A DNA stretch of 64,000 bases, from assembly GCA_951406725.2 (NCBI GenBank), contig OX597840.1, positions 30,628,001 through 30,692,000 on the forward strand, read 5' to 3'. The notes beneath the pieces were generated by a model. That model did not search any database. It saw only the letters and a program-made list of their open reading frames with translations, and was not told the origin of the DNA. Source of the DNA: Octopus vulgaris (Eukaryota). Made by a program: the position numbers and the translations under genes. Shown here piece after piece: positions 51,051-64,000 of the stretch. How positions within the stretch are numbered: position 1 is the stretch's first letter; each line of letters starts with the position of its first letter.

Positions 51051-51553
51051 GCATATATACATACAACAGGTGTCTTTCAGTTTCCATCTACCAAATCCAC
51101 TCTCAATGCTTTGGTCAGCCCGAGGTGTTGAGTGGGACTGAACCTGGAATCATGTGGTTGGCAAACAAGCCTCTTACCACACAACCGTGCCCTAACATAT
51201 ACATATGAAATATTTTTTTCCTTTATTTTTATGTTGAGTTTTTGGAATATCATTATCAGTTTCTCCACTACAAAGAAAATTATTTTGCTCTCAGAAAAGC
51301 TTTTATTTGCGTTGACTGAAGTTTTCAACAAATCTATTGAACTCCACACAATAATGATAAGACAAAAAGAAAAAAGGAAAAACTTACATAAAAAACACAG
51401 TTATTCATTTCTTTAATTCATCATCATCACCATCATCATCAGCATCGCCATCATCATCATCATTATCATTATCATTATCATCATCATCATCATCATCGTC
51501 GTCGTCGTCGTCGTCATCATCATCATCATCATCATCATCACCATCATCATCAC

Positions 51554-51596
<43 letters not shown>

Positions 51597-51629
51597 GTCA
51601 CCATCATCATCATCACCATCATCATCATC

Positions 51630-51675
<46 letters not shown>

Positions 51676-52127
51676 CCACCACCATCATCGCCATCACCAT
51701 CATCATCATCATCATCATCATCATTTCAACAACCGTTTCATCATCCTTATATAGAATGCTGATATTGCTCTTGTTGTTATTGTTGCACTAGTTGTCATTT
51801 AACCCTAGGTTTAGAACTGACAGGGACGGTATATGATCAAAGGTGTTCCGCCTATGATTACAAATTTGGTCTTTTATTTGTTTATCATTTGTATATCTAT
51901 GAATATATTGCCTAATGTGTGTGTCCGTGTGTCCGTGTGTCCTGGTTTTATTTGTCTTTTTGTCCTTTTTAAAGATTGTATGGCTGTGTGGTTAAGAAGC
52001 TGGCTTACCAACTATATCATCTCTGGTTCAATCTCTTTTGCCGAACTGCTAAGTTACGGGGACGTAAACACACCAGCATCGGTTTTCAAGCAATGTTGGG
52101 GGGACAAACACAAACACACGAACATAT

Positions 52128-52160
<33 letters not shown>

Positions 52161-52920
52161 AATATATACATATAAAAGGCGGCGAGCTGGTAGAAATGTT
52201 ACCACGCCGGGTGAAATGCTTAGCGGTATTTCATCTGCCGCTACGTTCTGAGTTCAAATTCCGCCGAGGTCTACTTTGCCTTTCATCCTTTCGGGGTCGA
52301 TAAATTAAGTACCAGTTATGCACTGGGGTCGATGTAATCGGCTTAATCCATTTGTCTGTCCTTGTTTGTCCCCTCTGTGTTTAGCCCCTTGTGGGTAGTT
52401 AAGAAATATATATACATATATACGATGGGCTTCTTTCAGTTTCCATCTACCAAATCCACTCACAGGGCTTTGGTTAGCCCGAGGCTATAGTAGAAGACAC
52501 TTGCCCAAGGTGCCACACAGTGGGACTGAACCCAGAACCATGTGGTTGGTAAGCAAGCTACTTACCACACAGCCACTCCTGTTTATTTTTAATATTTTAT
52601 CGCAATTATGTAATACAAAAGAATCTACCGGTAATTCTTTTACCGGTAGATAAAAATTGGGGATCCCACACCCCACCACAATTTTCCCAGGTACCACTTT
52701 GGGAATCACTGATCTAAGGTATTCCAAACCATGACCATCCATCCTGACTACTTAGGGGTATCTAAGACTATATTATCAAATGTGTCTATTTCATTATTTA
52801 TTTTCTTAGAGTCATTAGATGTGATTTCAGGCAAATTTGGCTGTTATTTCTAGCATCGCATTTCTTTTTCTAGCAATGTAAAGACTTGGAAGTGACTGTG
52901 CATTTGAGTGTAAATGGTGA

Positions 52921-52952
<32 letters not shown>

Positions 52953-53167
52953 AAGTTTGTGTGCTTGTGTATGAGTATGTATGTGTGTGTGATATTTAGG
53001 AAGTGTAAGTCTGTATGTAAGAGAGAATGTGTACGTATGTTTGTATGTCAGAGAGAGAAAGACATAATACGTAGTACACACACACACTTGCTCTGCCTAG
53101 TTTCTACATACATATCCTCACTCATATATGTAATCAACCAATATCTATATACCTATCTGCCTATCTA

Positions 53168-53232
<65 letters not shown>

Positions 53233-53397
53233 CTGTCTGTCTGTCTATCTATCAGTCTGTCTGTCTATCTATCTATCTATCTATCTGTCTATCACTTTAT
53301 CATGACATTTCTGTGATACATGATCCCTATTGATCGCTTTTTTCTTTTTTCTTTTTCTTTTTCCTTTTTACGATCCCTTTTGATCAAAAACCTACCC

Positions 53398-53915
53398 CAG
53401 ACGGAATACCACTAAGCATTTCACCCGGTGTGCTAACATTTCTGCATGCCGGGTGAAATGTTTAGCAGTATTTCGTCTGTCTTTATGTTCTGGGTTCAAA
53501 TTCCGCCAAGGTCGACTTTGCCTTTCATCCTTTCGGGGGTCGATAAATTAAGTACCAGTCACGAACTGGGTCAATATAATCGACTTAATCCGTTTGTCTG
53601 TCCTTGTTTGTCCCCTCTATGTTTAGCCCCTTGTGGGTAGTAAAGAAATAGGTATTTCGTCTGCCGCTACGTTCTGAGTTCAAATTCCGCCGAGGTCGAC
53701 TTTGCCTTTCATCCTTTTGGGGTCGATTAAATAAGTACCAGTTATGCACTGGGGTCAATGTAATCGACTTAATACGTTCTGAGTTCAAATTCCGTCGAGG
53801 TCGACTTTACCTTTCATACTTTCGGGGTCGATAAATTAAGTACCAGTTGGATATTGGTGTCGAACTAAACAACTACCCTCTCCCCCAAAATTTTCAGCCT
53901 TGTACAAAGGGGAGA
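53398..53915 (+). mobile_element. SINE A multimer with a short inverted 5' piece and an alternative-tail last unit
   Basis: 53398-53445 is the head in - orientation, abutting + bodies. Junction gaaataggtatttcg at about 53645. Confidence 0.75.
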
Positions 53916-53990
53916 AAAGATTAGATAGACAGAGAGAGGGGGAGAGAGGGAGAGAGAGAGAGAGAGAAAAAATGTAAGATAGATAGATAA

Positions 53991-54027
<37 letters not shown>

Positions 54028-54044
54028 AAGATAGATAGATAGAG

Positions 54045-54076
<32 letters not shown>

Positions 54077-54456
54077 ACATAGATATATCAGTTGGTTACA
54101 TACATGATTGAGGAAATGTCTGTAGAAGCTAGACAGAGCAAGTGTGTGTGTGTGTGTGTGTGTGTGTTTGTGTGTGTGTATGTGTGTGTGTGTGAATGAA
54201 TTTTGTGGTGGAGAGAACAAGCGAGAGGCAGTGAATATATATGCGCATGTATGCATGTAAGTGTATGTGTGTGTGGTGGTGGTGGTGGTGGTGGGGTGAT
54301 TAGGAAAGGGGCAGAGACGAAGGATATTAAAGAGACACACAGAACCTAAGCTGGAAACGGTTCTCTGATGTTCCACTCTCGCCTCTACGATCCGCTTTCT
54401 AACCAGACTTGTTATTGGAAAGTTGAACAGGAAATTACTGCATCACATTCATTTAG

Positions 54457-54494
<38 letters not shown>

Positions 54495-54502
54495 GTGTCT
54501 TT

Positions 54503-54534
<32 letters not shown>

Positions 54535-54734
54535 ATCATCATCATCATCATCATCATCGTTTAATGTCTGTTTTCCATGCTAGCATGGGTTGGACAGTTC
54601 AATCAGGGCCTGGGAAGCCAGGGGCTGCACCAGGCTCCAGTCTGATCTGGCAGTGTTTCTACAGCTGGATGCCCTTCCTAACGCCAACCACTCCATGAAT
54701 GTAGTGGGTGCTTTTAATGTGCCACTAGCACAGG

Positions 54735-54776
<42 letters not shown>

Positions 54777-55707
54777 TATATTAAATTAGAGATAAAACCA
54801 CTATTAGGCAAATAAAACAGTGAAAAACATAAGCCAATACATTTTTATGTATTGGCTTCTGTTTTTCACTGTTTGATTTGGCTAATAGTGGTTTTATCTC
54901 TAATTTAATATAATATAATATACTTATACTATAAAATTGGATTTAATCCTAAATCTAATTTTTTCCTGTAAGTTTGGATTTATTCCCTAATATTATTATT
55001 TTTGCTCTTTCATTCATTCATTCATCTAGCAGATAAGTTGAATGCTTATTTATTTTCACTTCTCCATCGATCATACATGCTTTCTTATCTATCTAACTAT
55101 TTTTATCTAATTTCTATATCTATCTAATTATTTTAACTAATTTATCCATTATCCATCTCGCCTCTCGTGTATTCATCAACCATCGTGTATTCGCGGTGCA
55201 CCCGCCCTGCCCACCCCCACCACCAATACCGGATATCTCTATATTTTTGCTCCATCCATACCGGATGTCGCTTCTCCCACCACCATAATAGGTGTCTACT
55301 CTTCGAACCCCCTCTTCAATACGCTATTTCACCATGCATTACCCCTCTCTTGATATCCTACGTTCTACTTGCCTAGAACCTGTCATCATTTCTCTGAACC
55401 ACCCCTCCCCACTGGTGCTCCCCTATATTTCTGCACCACCCCCCCACATAAAAAGCACCATCCGAACGTGGCCGATGCCAGACCCCTCTGGCACCTGTGC
55501 AGGTGGCACGTAAAAACACCCACTACACTCGCGGAGTGGTTGGCGTTAGGAAGGGCATCCAGCTGTAGAAACTCTGCCAGACTAGACTGGAGCCTGGGGC
55601 AGTCCCTAGGTCCCCAGACCCCGGTCGAAACCGTCCAACCCGTGCTAGCGCGGAAAACGGACGTTAAACGATGATGATGATGATGATGATGATATATATA
55701 TATACAT

Positions 55708-55775
<68 letters not shown>

Positions 55776-57279
55776 ATATATATATGTATATATATCATCA
55801 TCATCATCGTTTAGCCTCCGTTTTCCATGCTAGCATAGGTTGGACGGTTCAACTGGGGTCTGGGAAGCCAGAAAGCTGCACCAGGCTCCAGTCTGATCTG
55901 GCAGTGTTCTCCAGTCTGATCTAGCAACGGCCACGATCGGTTGGTGCTTTTCACGTGCCACCGGCATGGGAGCCAGTCAAGGCAGCGCTGGCATTGGCCA
56001 CGTTTGGATGGTACTTTTACTTGTTTCAGTCATTAGACTACGGCCATGCTGGAGCACTGCTTTGACCAATTTTTAGTCAAACGAATCAACCGTGATACTC
56101 ATTTATTTTTAAAACCTGGTACTTATTCTATCAATCTCTTTTGCTGAACTGCTGAGCTACAGGGACATAAACACACCAACACCAGATGTCAAGCAGTGGT
56201 GGAGGACAAGCAAAGACACACACACACAAACACACACATACATACATACCCACATACATACACAATAGATTTCTTTCAGCTTCTGTCTCCAAATCCACTC
56301 AAAATGCTTTGAGTTAGTCCAGGACTATTCCAGAAGTCATTTGCCTAAAATGCCATGTAATGGAACTGAACCCAGAACCATGTGGTTAAAAAGTAAACTT
56401 CTTACCACACACCCATACCTGTGCTTGTTTCTGCAACCATCATTTTTTCCATGATAGCATGGATCCAAGGAATCTATATCTATAAAAGGCAGGATGTGTG
56501 TGTGTGTGTGTGTATGTGAATGTACTTTATGCACATCCACAAATTAGCACGCATGCCGCTCCAATTTTAGGAGGATATTGGTCACAACCATGGCTGTGCT
56601 TTTGTCAACTTATTTTTCCTGAGGCAACCCCAGATAGCAGTGAAAAATTGATTTTCAACCATAACTTTTACCAATTTTCACATTGGTGAAATCCGTAAGT
56701 TTGCTAACACGAGTTAAGTCCCCTGTCTTGCATATAGATTAATTCACCCTACTACAATGCCTCTGAAAAAAAATTAATTTTGGACAACCTAAACAATCTC
56801 AGCATAGGAACAGAGAAAGAGCTGAAGAGACTGACTATCAGCGGACCCATTAGTAAAATATTATAACTTTTTGGGGCCGAAACCTGGCAATAAGAGCTTG
56901 CGGAAAATCCGCTACAAAACATTCAATAATCTTGAAGTAGTAACTTCCATAAATCAGGGTATAATTTTTGAAGGCTCTTTCTGACCCCAGTCAATGACTG
57001 GTATTTCTGCTAGTATACAATAAAACAATGTATTATATACGCATGTTCTTCCTGTCACTGTTTTGCAAGCTGGGTGTATATCTCATTGCATACAACTTCA
57101 AAGCTGTATCAGATCTCCTTCCTAAAGTATAAGTGAATGTTTTCTGTCTCAGCTTCTACCTCAATAGTTGTCAGCTGGCATTGGTTTGTTTATATCCTTG
57201 TAACATTAGCGGTTCAGGAAAAGAGACCGTGAAATAAATCCTTTTTTTCCAGTATCAGAGTGGCCTCCGCTGGTCTGTC

Positions 57280-58708
57280 AATTGGACATCTGTCATTGAC
57301 AAGCTCAAGGAAGAGCAGAATCACATTCTCTGGTAGTTCTGGTAGCCATAAAAAATGGTTATCATTCCTCTGCAATATAAACAAGAACACTTTTATACAT
57401 CACAGAACCATATGAGACATCCTCCTTTGGTAAATAAGGCAGTATTTTCTGTTCTAACACAACATCTACTCTAAGTCGGAGAACAAGATTACCTATTGGT
57501 GTCCATTCTGCTCCTGCCACTATCATTTATTTCTTAATAAACCCACTGGCTTTTTGCAACACCAGCGCCTGGATCTCTCTCTCTATTCACTCAGTCGAGG
57601 TCGACTCTCGGTCACTCGTTGGATCAGTGTCCTCCAATCAGTTCTATCCTGGGCCGCTTCTTTCAGATTAGCTATGTCCATTCCGATATCACTCTTGATG
57701 GTGTCAAGCCAGTGGGTTCTTGGTCGGCCTCTTCCTCTCTTGCCACTGACCATTCCGAGCATGATGTCCTTCTCCAGGGATTTTCTCCACATAATATGAC
57801 CGAAATATGCCAATCTATGCTTGGTGATCCTAGCTTCTAGTGGCATTTTCGGCCTGATCTGCTTCAGAACTTCTCCATTGAACTGGATAGACACTGAAAT
57901 TCTGTATATCATTGACAGGAGATTTGGCTGTTATCATGCTGCTGGACACCTATCACAGAGAAACCCATAGCAGGGTGAAATCATGGGATCTAGCCATTCC
58001 AACAGCTGTAGCAGATAACTCTCATCTGCCAACAATGTAATTTCAAGTACTTTTTTGCACTACAAATTCTTAGAGAGATTCTGCCATGGTAAATAACAAA
58101 ATAATATGGTATTCTGTGTTCTAATACAACTCCACATTAAGTTGGAGATGAATATTACTTTTTGGTATAAATACCGCTTCAGTAATTAATTTTTTTCTAA
58201 TCAGCCCACTGGCTAATCACAACACCAGTGCCTGAATGGACACTGAAATTCTATACATTATTGACAGGAGATTTGGGTGTTATCATGTTGCAGGACATCT
58301 GTCACTGAGGAAACCATAGCAGGGTGAAACCATGTGATTTCGTCTTTCTGCCAATGATATAATTTCAAGTGCTTTTATGCAGCACAAGTCCTTATGAGAG
58401 ATTCTCTCGTGCTAAATAATGAAGTATTCTCTGTTCTATCACCACATCCATGTTAAGTTGGAGATAAATATTACCTTTGGGATTAACACAGCTTCTGTCA
58501 ATATTCTTTATTCTTTTACTTGTGTCAGTCATTTGACTGCGGCCATGCTGGAGCACCGCCTTTAGTCGAGCAAATTGACCCCAGGACTTATTCTTTGTAA
58601 GCCCAGTACTTTTCTATCGGTCTCTTTTGCCGAACCACTAAGTGACGGGGACGTAAACACACCAGCATCGGTTGTCAAGCAATGCTAGGGGGACAAACAC
58701 ACATACAA

Positions 58709-58739
<31 letters not shown>

Positions 58740-59195
58740 CGACAGGCTTCTTTCAGTTTCCGTCTACCAAATCCACTCACAAGGCATTGGTCGACCCAGG
58801 GCTATAGCAGAAGACACTTGCCCAAGATGCCACGCAGTGGGACTGAACCCAGAATCATGTGGTTGGTTAGCAAGCTTCTTACCATGCAGTCACTCCTGCA
58901 CCAATAATAATTATTTTTTAATAAGCTCACTGGCTATTTGCAACATCAGCGTTTGGTTAGGCCCTGAGATTCTATATATCATTGATGAGGGAGCCAGCTG
59001 CTATTGAAAGATGAGTGAAATCACATGATCTGGATATTCTGGTGGCCATAGCAATTGGTTATCGCCCATCAGTGATATAAACATGTGTGCCTTTATGCAT
59101 CATGAGTCTGTATGAGACATCCTCTCGTGACAAATAATGCAGTATTTTGTGTTCCTACACAACATCCAAGTTCAGTAGGAAATAAGTATTACCGT
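57280..59195. repeat. Old ~300-350-nt tandem repeat (about 4 units) interrupted by RTE and SINE B insertions
   Basis: gtatt(t/c)t.tgttcta..acaacatc.a..ttaagt.ggaga recurs at about 57442, 58109, 58424 and 59142. cccactggct..gcaacaccag recurs at about 57542, 58205 and 58926. Confidence 0.78.
57575..57882 (-). mobile_element. 5'-truncated RTE LINE, same family as 721-1446
   Basis: NGEVLKQIRPKMPLEARITKHRLAYFGHIM...RGRGRPRTHWLD...VTESRPRLSE*. TSD ctggat at 57569-57574 and 57883-57888. Confidence 0.92.
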
Positions 59196-59630
59196 ATAAG
59201 AAATCATTTTAGAGAAATAAATGCAAAACAAAGCAACATTTTCCTACATAAATACAAGGCTAAATATTTTGAGTGAAGGTGCAAATATTTTAAGGGAAGG
59301 GTCTTTGTTGCCTATAATAATCCCAGTCCTTCATCAGTATTTATTTTATTGACCTCCTCACCACCATCGCCATAACCATGACCATCACCACTATTGAAAG
59401 GATGACGGGTTATGTTGACTCTGGCATGATTTGAATACAGAACAAAATATCAAAAAGAAAAAAAAAAATGCGAATTACGAATAATGAATTACTCAATTTT
59501 CCGTTCAGTGAGTCAACATTCATAATTCATAATTAAAAATAGAAAATATCATTTTTTTATGCGTCCTGTTCGTATATTTTATTATGTTATGAAAATATCT
59601 TCAGCTGTATATTTTTAAAAAAAATATTCC

Positions 59631-59651
59631 TTATTATTATCATTATTGTTA

Positions 59652-59696
<45 letters not shown>

Positions 59697-59775
59697 GTAG
59701 TAGTAGTAGTATCATCATTATCATCAACATCATCATCATTCTCCTCCTCCTCATCATCATCATCATCATTATTAC

Positions 59776-59814
<39 letters not shown>

Positions 59815-59957
59815 CATCATCATCATCATCATCATCATTATCATTATTATTATTATTATCATCATCATCATCATCATCAGCATCATTATCATCATCATTA
59901 TTATTGTTATTATTACTATTATCCTCCTCCTCCTCTTCCTCCTCCTCCTCATCATCA

Positions 59958-60006
<49 letters not shown>

Positions 60007-60016
60007 GATCATCATC

Positions 60017-60048
<32 letters not shown>

Positions 60049-60436
60049 CACCATCATCATCATCATTATCATCGTCATCATCATCATCATCATCCTCCTC
60101 ATCATCGTCATTGTTATTATTATTCATCGCTATGGCAATACCATTGTAGTTACTATCACAACAACAGTGTTATATGCATGTTATTGAAAACACTGTAACA
60201 AATATGACTGGTCGATAATTTATGGCATAATTATGCCATAAAACACATGAAGAGACTGCAGAGTGGTGGTTCCATGCGATTGGAATTACCATTTAATTCC
60301 AGTCGCTGGAAATACTGCAAGCGAAGAAAATATCCATGGAAGAGAAAAGTGAAAGACACGACATTACAGGGAGAGGACAAAAAAACATGGGTTTTCGGTT
60401 CTCGGTATTTCGGCATCAATAACCATGGGAGTAACT

Positions 60437-60500
<64 letters not shown>

Positions 60501-60524
60501 CAGCAGCAGTAGTAGTAGTAGTTT

Positions 60525-60555
<31 letters not shown>

Positions 60556-60556
60556 G

Positions 60557-60615
<59 letters not shown>

Positions 60616-61071
60616 GGTGGTGGTGGTAGTGGTGGTGGTAGTAGTAGTGGTGGTGGTGGTGGTGGTAGTAGTGGTGGTAGTGGTGATGGTAGTGGTGGTG
60701 GTGGTGGTGGTGGTAGTGGTGGTGGTAGTGGTAGTGGTGGTGGTGGTGGTGGTAGTGGTGGTGGTGGTGGTAGTAGTAGTGGTGGTGGTGGTGGTAGTGG
60801 TGGTGGTGGTGGTAGTGGTGGTAGTGGTAGTGGTGGTGGTAGTAGTGGTGGTGGTGGTGGTGGTGGTGGTAGTGGTGGTGGTGATGGTAGTGGTGGTGGT
60901 GGTGATGGTAGTGGTGGTGGTGGTGGTGGTGGTGGTGGTGGTGGTGGTGGTGGTGGTGGTGGTGGTGGTGGTGGTGGTGGTGGTGGTGGTGGTGGTAGTA
61001 GTGGTAGTAGTAGTGGTGGTGGTGGTGGTGGTGGTAGTGGTGGTGGTGGTAGTTTTAGTAGTAGTAGTAGT
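59631..61071. repeat. (ATT/CAT)n and (GGT/AGT)n arrays flanking a ~300-nt unique island
   Basis: Read directly. Confidence 0.92.
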
Positions 61072-61356
61072 AAGTTAAGTTAATTTTTTGGCTCAAAAAG
61101 CAAAAAGCAAGGCCATGTAGGGGGACATGGGGTGATGTACAGGGAGGGTGTTCATGCAAAGAGTTCAGGCCATTTCTGGTCAAGAGAGACTTTGAACCGA
61201 GCGGTCGTCGGCATCTTCACTATCTTGTCTGGCAGCTTATTCCACGGATCCGCAACCCAGACGAAGAAAGCCCCTATTCTTCAATTGAGATGAAATCGTC
61301 GCAGATAGAGCTTTTCGGAGTGACCCCGCAGCCGACGCTCTGGAGCAGGAGTGAAG
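61072..61356 (-). mobile_element. CR1-clade LINE 3' fragment inserted in (AGT)n
   Basis: The - strand reads FTPAPERRLRGHSEKLYLRRFHLN*RIGAFFVWVADPWNKLPDKIVKMPTTARFKVSLDQKWPELFA*, the CR1 C-terminal pattern RGH..KL...FF..V..WNxLP...FK..LD. A short 3' UTR ends in ttaacttaac. Confidence 0.85.
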
Positions 61357-61361
61357 TAGTA

Positions 61362-61420
<59 letters not shown>

Positions 61421-61504
61421 ATGGTGGTGGTGGTGGTGGTGGTGGTGGTAGTAGTTGTTGTAGTAGTAGTAGTAGCAGCAGCAGTAGTAATAATAATAAT
61501 AATG

Positions 61505-61554
<50 letters not shown>

Positions 61555-62017
61555 CCTCATTGATATGACTGTCCCAATCGATATAAACGTATCTGTAAAG
61601 ACCTACCAAAAACTGAGCAAATATAAAGATCTCGAAATAGAAATCAGCAAAATGTGGAACCTGAAGACTAAAACAATACCTGTTGTCATAGGTGCCCTGG
61701 GAATGATAACAAAAGGGGCTGATTGCTACCTAACTCAGATACCAGGAAACCCCAAAATGGCAGAAATTCAAAAGATAGTGCTCATGGGAACTGCTCATAT
61801 CCTATGCAAAATACTCTCTATGTAATCCCAAGGTTTAAAACAAACTTTTTTTTTAAAATTTATTTATTAGACATTCACTAGTACAACACCAAAAAAAACC
61901 CCAAATATATGGCACTAGGCATAACAACAACGTGAACTTCCAACCTGTTGTCTCTTGAGGTCTCTGGGTGAGACTTGGAGCCAACTTGAACAGACATAAA
62001 GCAAAAGTCAAACATAG
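61555..62017 (+). mobile_element. 5'-truncated R4/Dong-like retrotransposon 3' end inserted in (TAA)n
   Basis: Stop-free LIDMTVPIDINVSVKTYQKLSKYKDLEIEISKMWNLKTKTIPVVIGALG...EIQKIVLMGTAHILCKILSM* (restriction-like endonuclease C-terminus). (TAA)n on both sides. Confidence 0.88.
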
Positions 62018-62072
<55 letters not shown>

Positions 62073-62223
62073 GTAATCCTCTGCGATAGGTGAAAATCCA
62101 CGATATAGAAACGGTGTACTGTGTTTTTTTCATTATTTTTATAATTTGTATATATTTGTCTTATCATAAATGCAAAACAGTACCATGGGGAAATCGACGT
62201 AAGCTTAAATAATAAACCACAAT

Positions 62224-62287
62224 AGGTAAACCATGACAGGTGAACCATGACAGGTGAACCATGACAGGTGAACCATGACAGGTGAAC
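62224..62287. repeat. 14-nt tandem repeat aggtgaaccatgac, about 4.5 copies
   Basis: Read directly. Confidence 0.9.
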
Positions 62288-62391
62288 TGCAATATGGTGA
62301 GGGATCACTGTTCTGCAATTTTAACCCCAGAAGGAGATCTCCACAAGCTGGGTTTATTCAGTGCACTTTTGCACTTGATATTTATTGCAAT

Positions 62392-63578
62392 AAGGTGGCG
62401 AGTTGGCATAAACGTTAGCACGTCAGGTGAAATGCGTAGCCATATTTCGTCTGCCGTTACGTTCTGAGTTCAAATTCCACCGAGGTCGACTTTGCCTTTC
62501 ATCCTTCCGGGGTTAATAAATTAAGTACTAGTTATGCACTGGGGTCGATGTAATCGACTTAATCCGTTTGTCTGTGCTTGTTTGTCCTCTCTGTGTTTAG
62601 CCCCTTGTGGGTAGTAAAGAAATAGGTATTTCGTCTTCTATGTTCTGAGTTCAAATTCCGCCGAGGTCAACTTTGCCTTTCATCCTTTCGGGATCGATAA
62701 ATTAAGTACCAGTTGCACACTGGAGTCGATATAATCGACTTAATCCATTTGTCTGTCCTTGTTTGTCCTGTCTGTGTTTAGCCCCTTGTGGGTAGTAAAG
62801 AAATAGGTATTTCGTCTGTTTAAGGTGGCAAGCTGGCAGAAACGTTAGCATGCCGAGCGAAATATGTAACCGTATTTTGTCTACCGTTAAGTTCTGAGTT
62901 CAAATTCTGCCGAGGTCGACTTTGCCTTTCATCCTATCGGGGTCGATAAATTACGTACCAATTACACAATAGGGTCGATGTAATCGACTTAATCCGTTTG
63001 TCTGTCCTTATTTGTCCCCTCTATGTTTAGCCTCTTATGGGTAGTAAAGAAATAGGTATTTCGTCTGCCGCCACGTTCTGAGTTCAAATTCCGCCGAGGT
63101 CGACTTTGCCTTTCATCCTTTCAGGGTCAATAAATTAAGTACCAGTTATGCACTGGGATCGATGTAATCGACTTAATCCGTTTGTCCCCTTTGTGTTTAG
63201 CCCCTTGTGGGTAGTAAAGAAATAGGTATTTCATCTGCCGTTACGTTCTGAGTTCAAATTCCGCCGAGGTCGACTTTGCCTTTCATCCTTTCAGGGTCAA
63301 TAAATTAAGTACCAGTTATGCACTGGGATCGATGTAATCGACTTAATCCGTTTGTCCCCTTTGTGTTTAGCCCCTTGTGGGTAGTAAAGAAATAGGTATT
63401 TCATCTGCCGTTACGTTCTGAGTTAAAATTCTGCCGAGGTTGACTTAGCCTTTCATCCTTTCGGGATCGATAAATTAAGTACCAGTTACGCACTGGGGTC
63501 GATATAATCGACTTAATCCGTTTGTCTGTACTTGTTTGTCTCCTCTGTGTTTAACCCCTTGTGGTTAGTAAAGAAATA
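62392..63578 (+). mobile_element. Compound SINE A array: head + 2 bodies, then a second head + 4 bodies
   Basis: Junctions gaaataggtatttc at about 62619, 62800, 63049, 63219 and 63389. Second head at 62822. Outer imperfect TSD gatatttattgcaa (62377-62390) and gatattcattacaa (63579-63592). Confidence 0.9.
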
Positions 63579-64000
63579 GATATTCATTACAAGTGGGAGA
63601 GAACTCCTGCCACCCTAGCTCCGAGACCATCAGACTATATGATTTTGATCTTATTGGATATGTGATAATTCATCTTTGGAAACTGGATCTTAAAGAACAT
63701 ATCAAGCTATAAGAAACAGCATGTGAATATTGGATTGATAAACATTTTTTTTTCTTGTATCTGAAAGGGTTTTTCCAACCCGGTATTTAAATGCTGTTAT
63801 TTATAGAATTATATAGAATTAGATATACTTCAGGATCTAGTTCCAAAAAGGAATAATTATGCCACATTCTATTCAAAATTCATAAATTCTTCTGACGCCA
63901 ATAAGACATATGATGTTTTAGGCAAAAAAAAATCCCCAACCAAATTTCGCTTCTTATCACTGCAAAGCATCGTATTCTTTAGGGTTACATTTTCAGAACA

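Overview
This is AT-rich, very repeat-dense animal genomic DNA. The repeat complement suggests a coleoid cephalopod (Octopus-like); that is an inference from memory, not a database result. I find only 259 nt of host coding sequence: two + strand exons (20549-20694 and 41835-41947) separated by a 21,140-nt GT-AG intron. They splice in frame into most of one fibronectin type III domain of an unidentified protein. The rest is intron, filled with at least four SINE-like families, fragments of RTE, CR1 and R4/Dong-like non-LTR retrotransposons, Helitrons, two probable solo LTRs, (TA)n-embedded fold-back elements, decayed hammerhead-like motifs, minisatellites and long microsatellites. Nearly all long ORFs in the supplied track are microsatellite artefacts. 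The most interesting signals are: (1) a tRNA-SINE that forms head+(body)n multimers through one recurrent junction, GAAATA-GG-TATTTC, and appears to insert into itself; (2) a 27-copy minisatellite born inside an RTE coding fragment; (3) (TAA)n-associated R4/Dong-like elements, including a possible internally deleted derivative; (4) fold-back elements that share one architecture; and (5) inverted SINE arrays bracketing the first exon. I see no prokaryotic genes, CRISPR array or genuine tRNA/rRNA genes. All coordinates were read by eye and repeat boundaries may be off by several bases.
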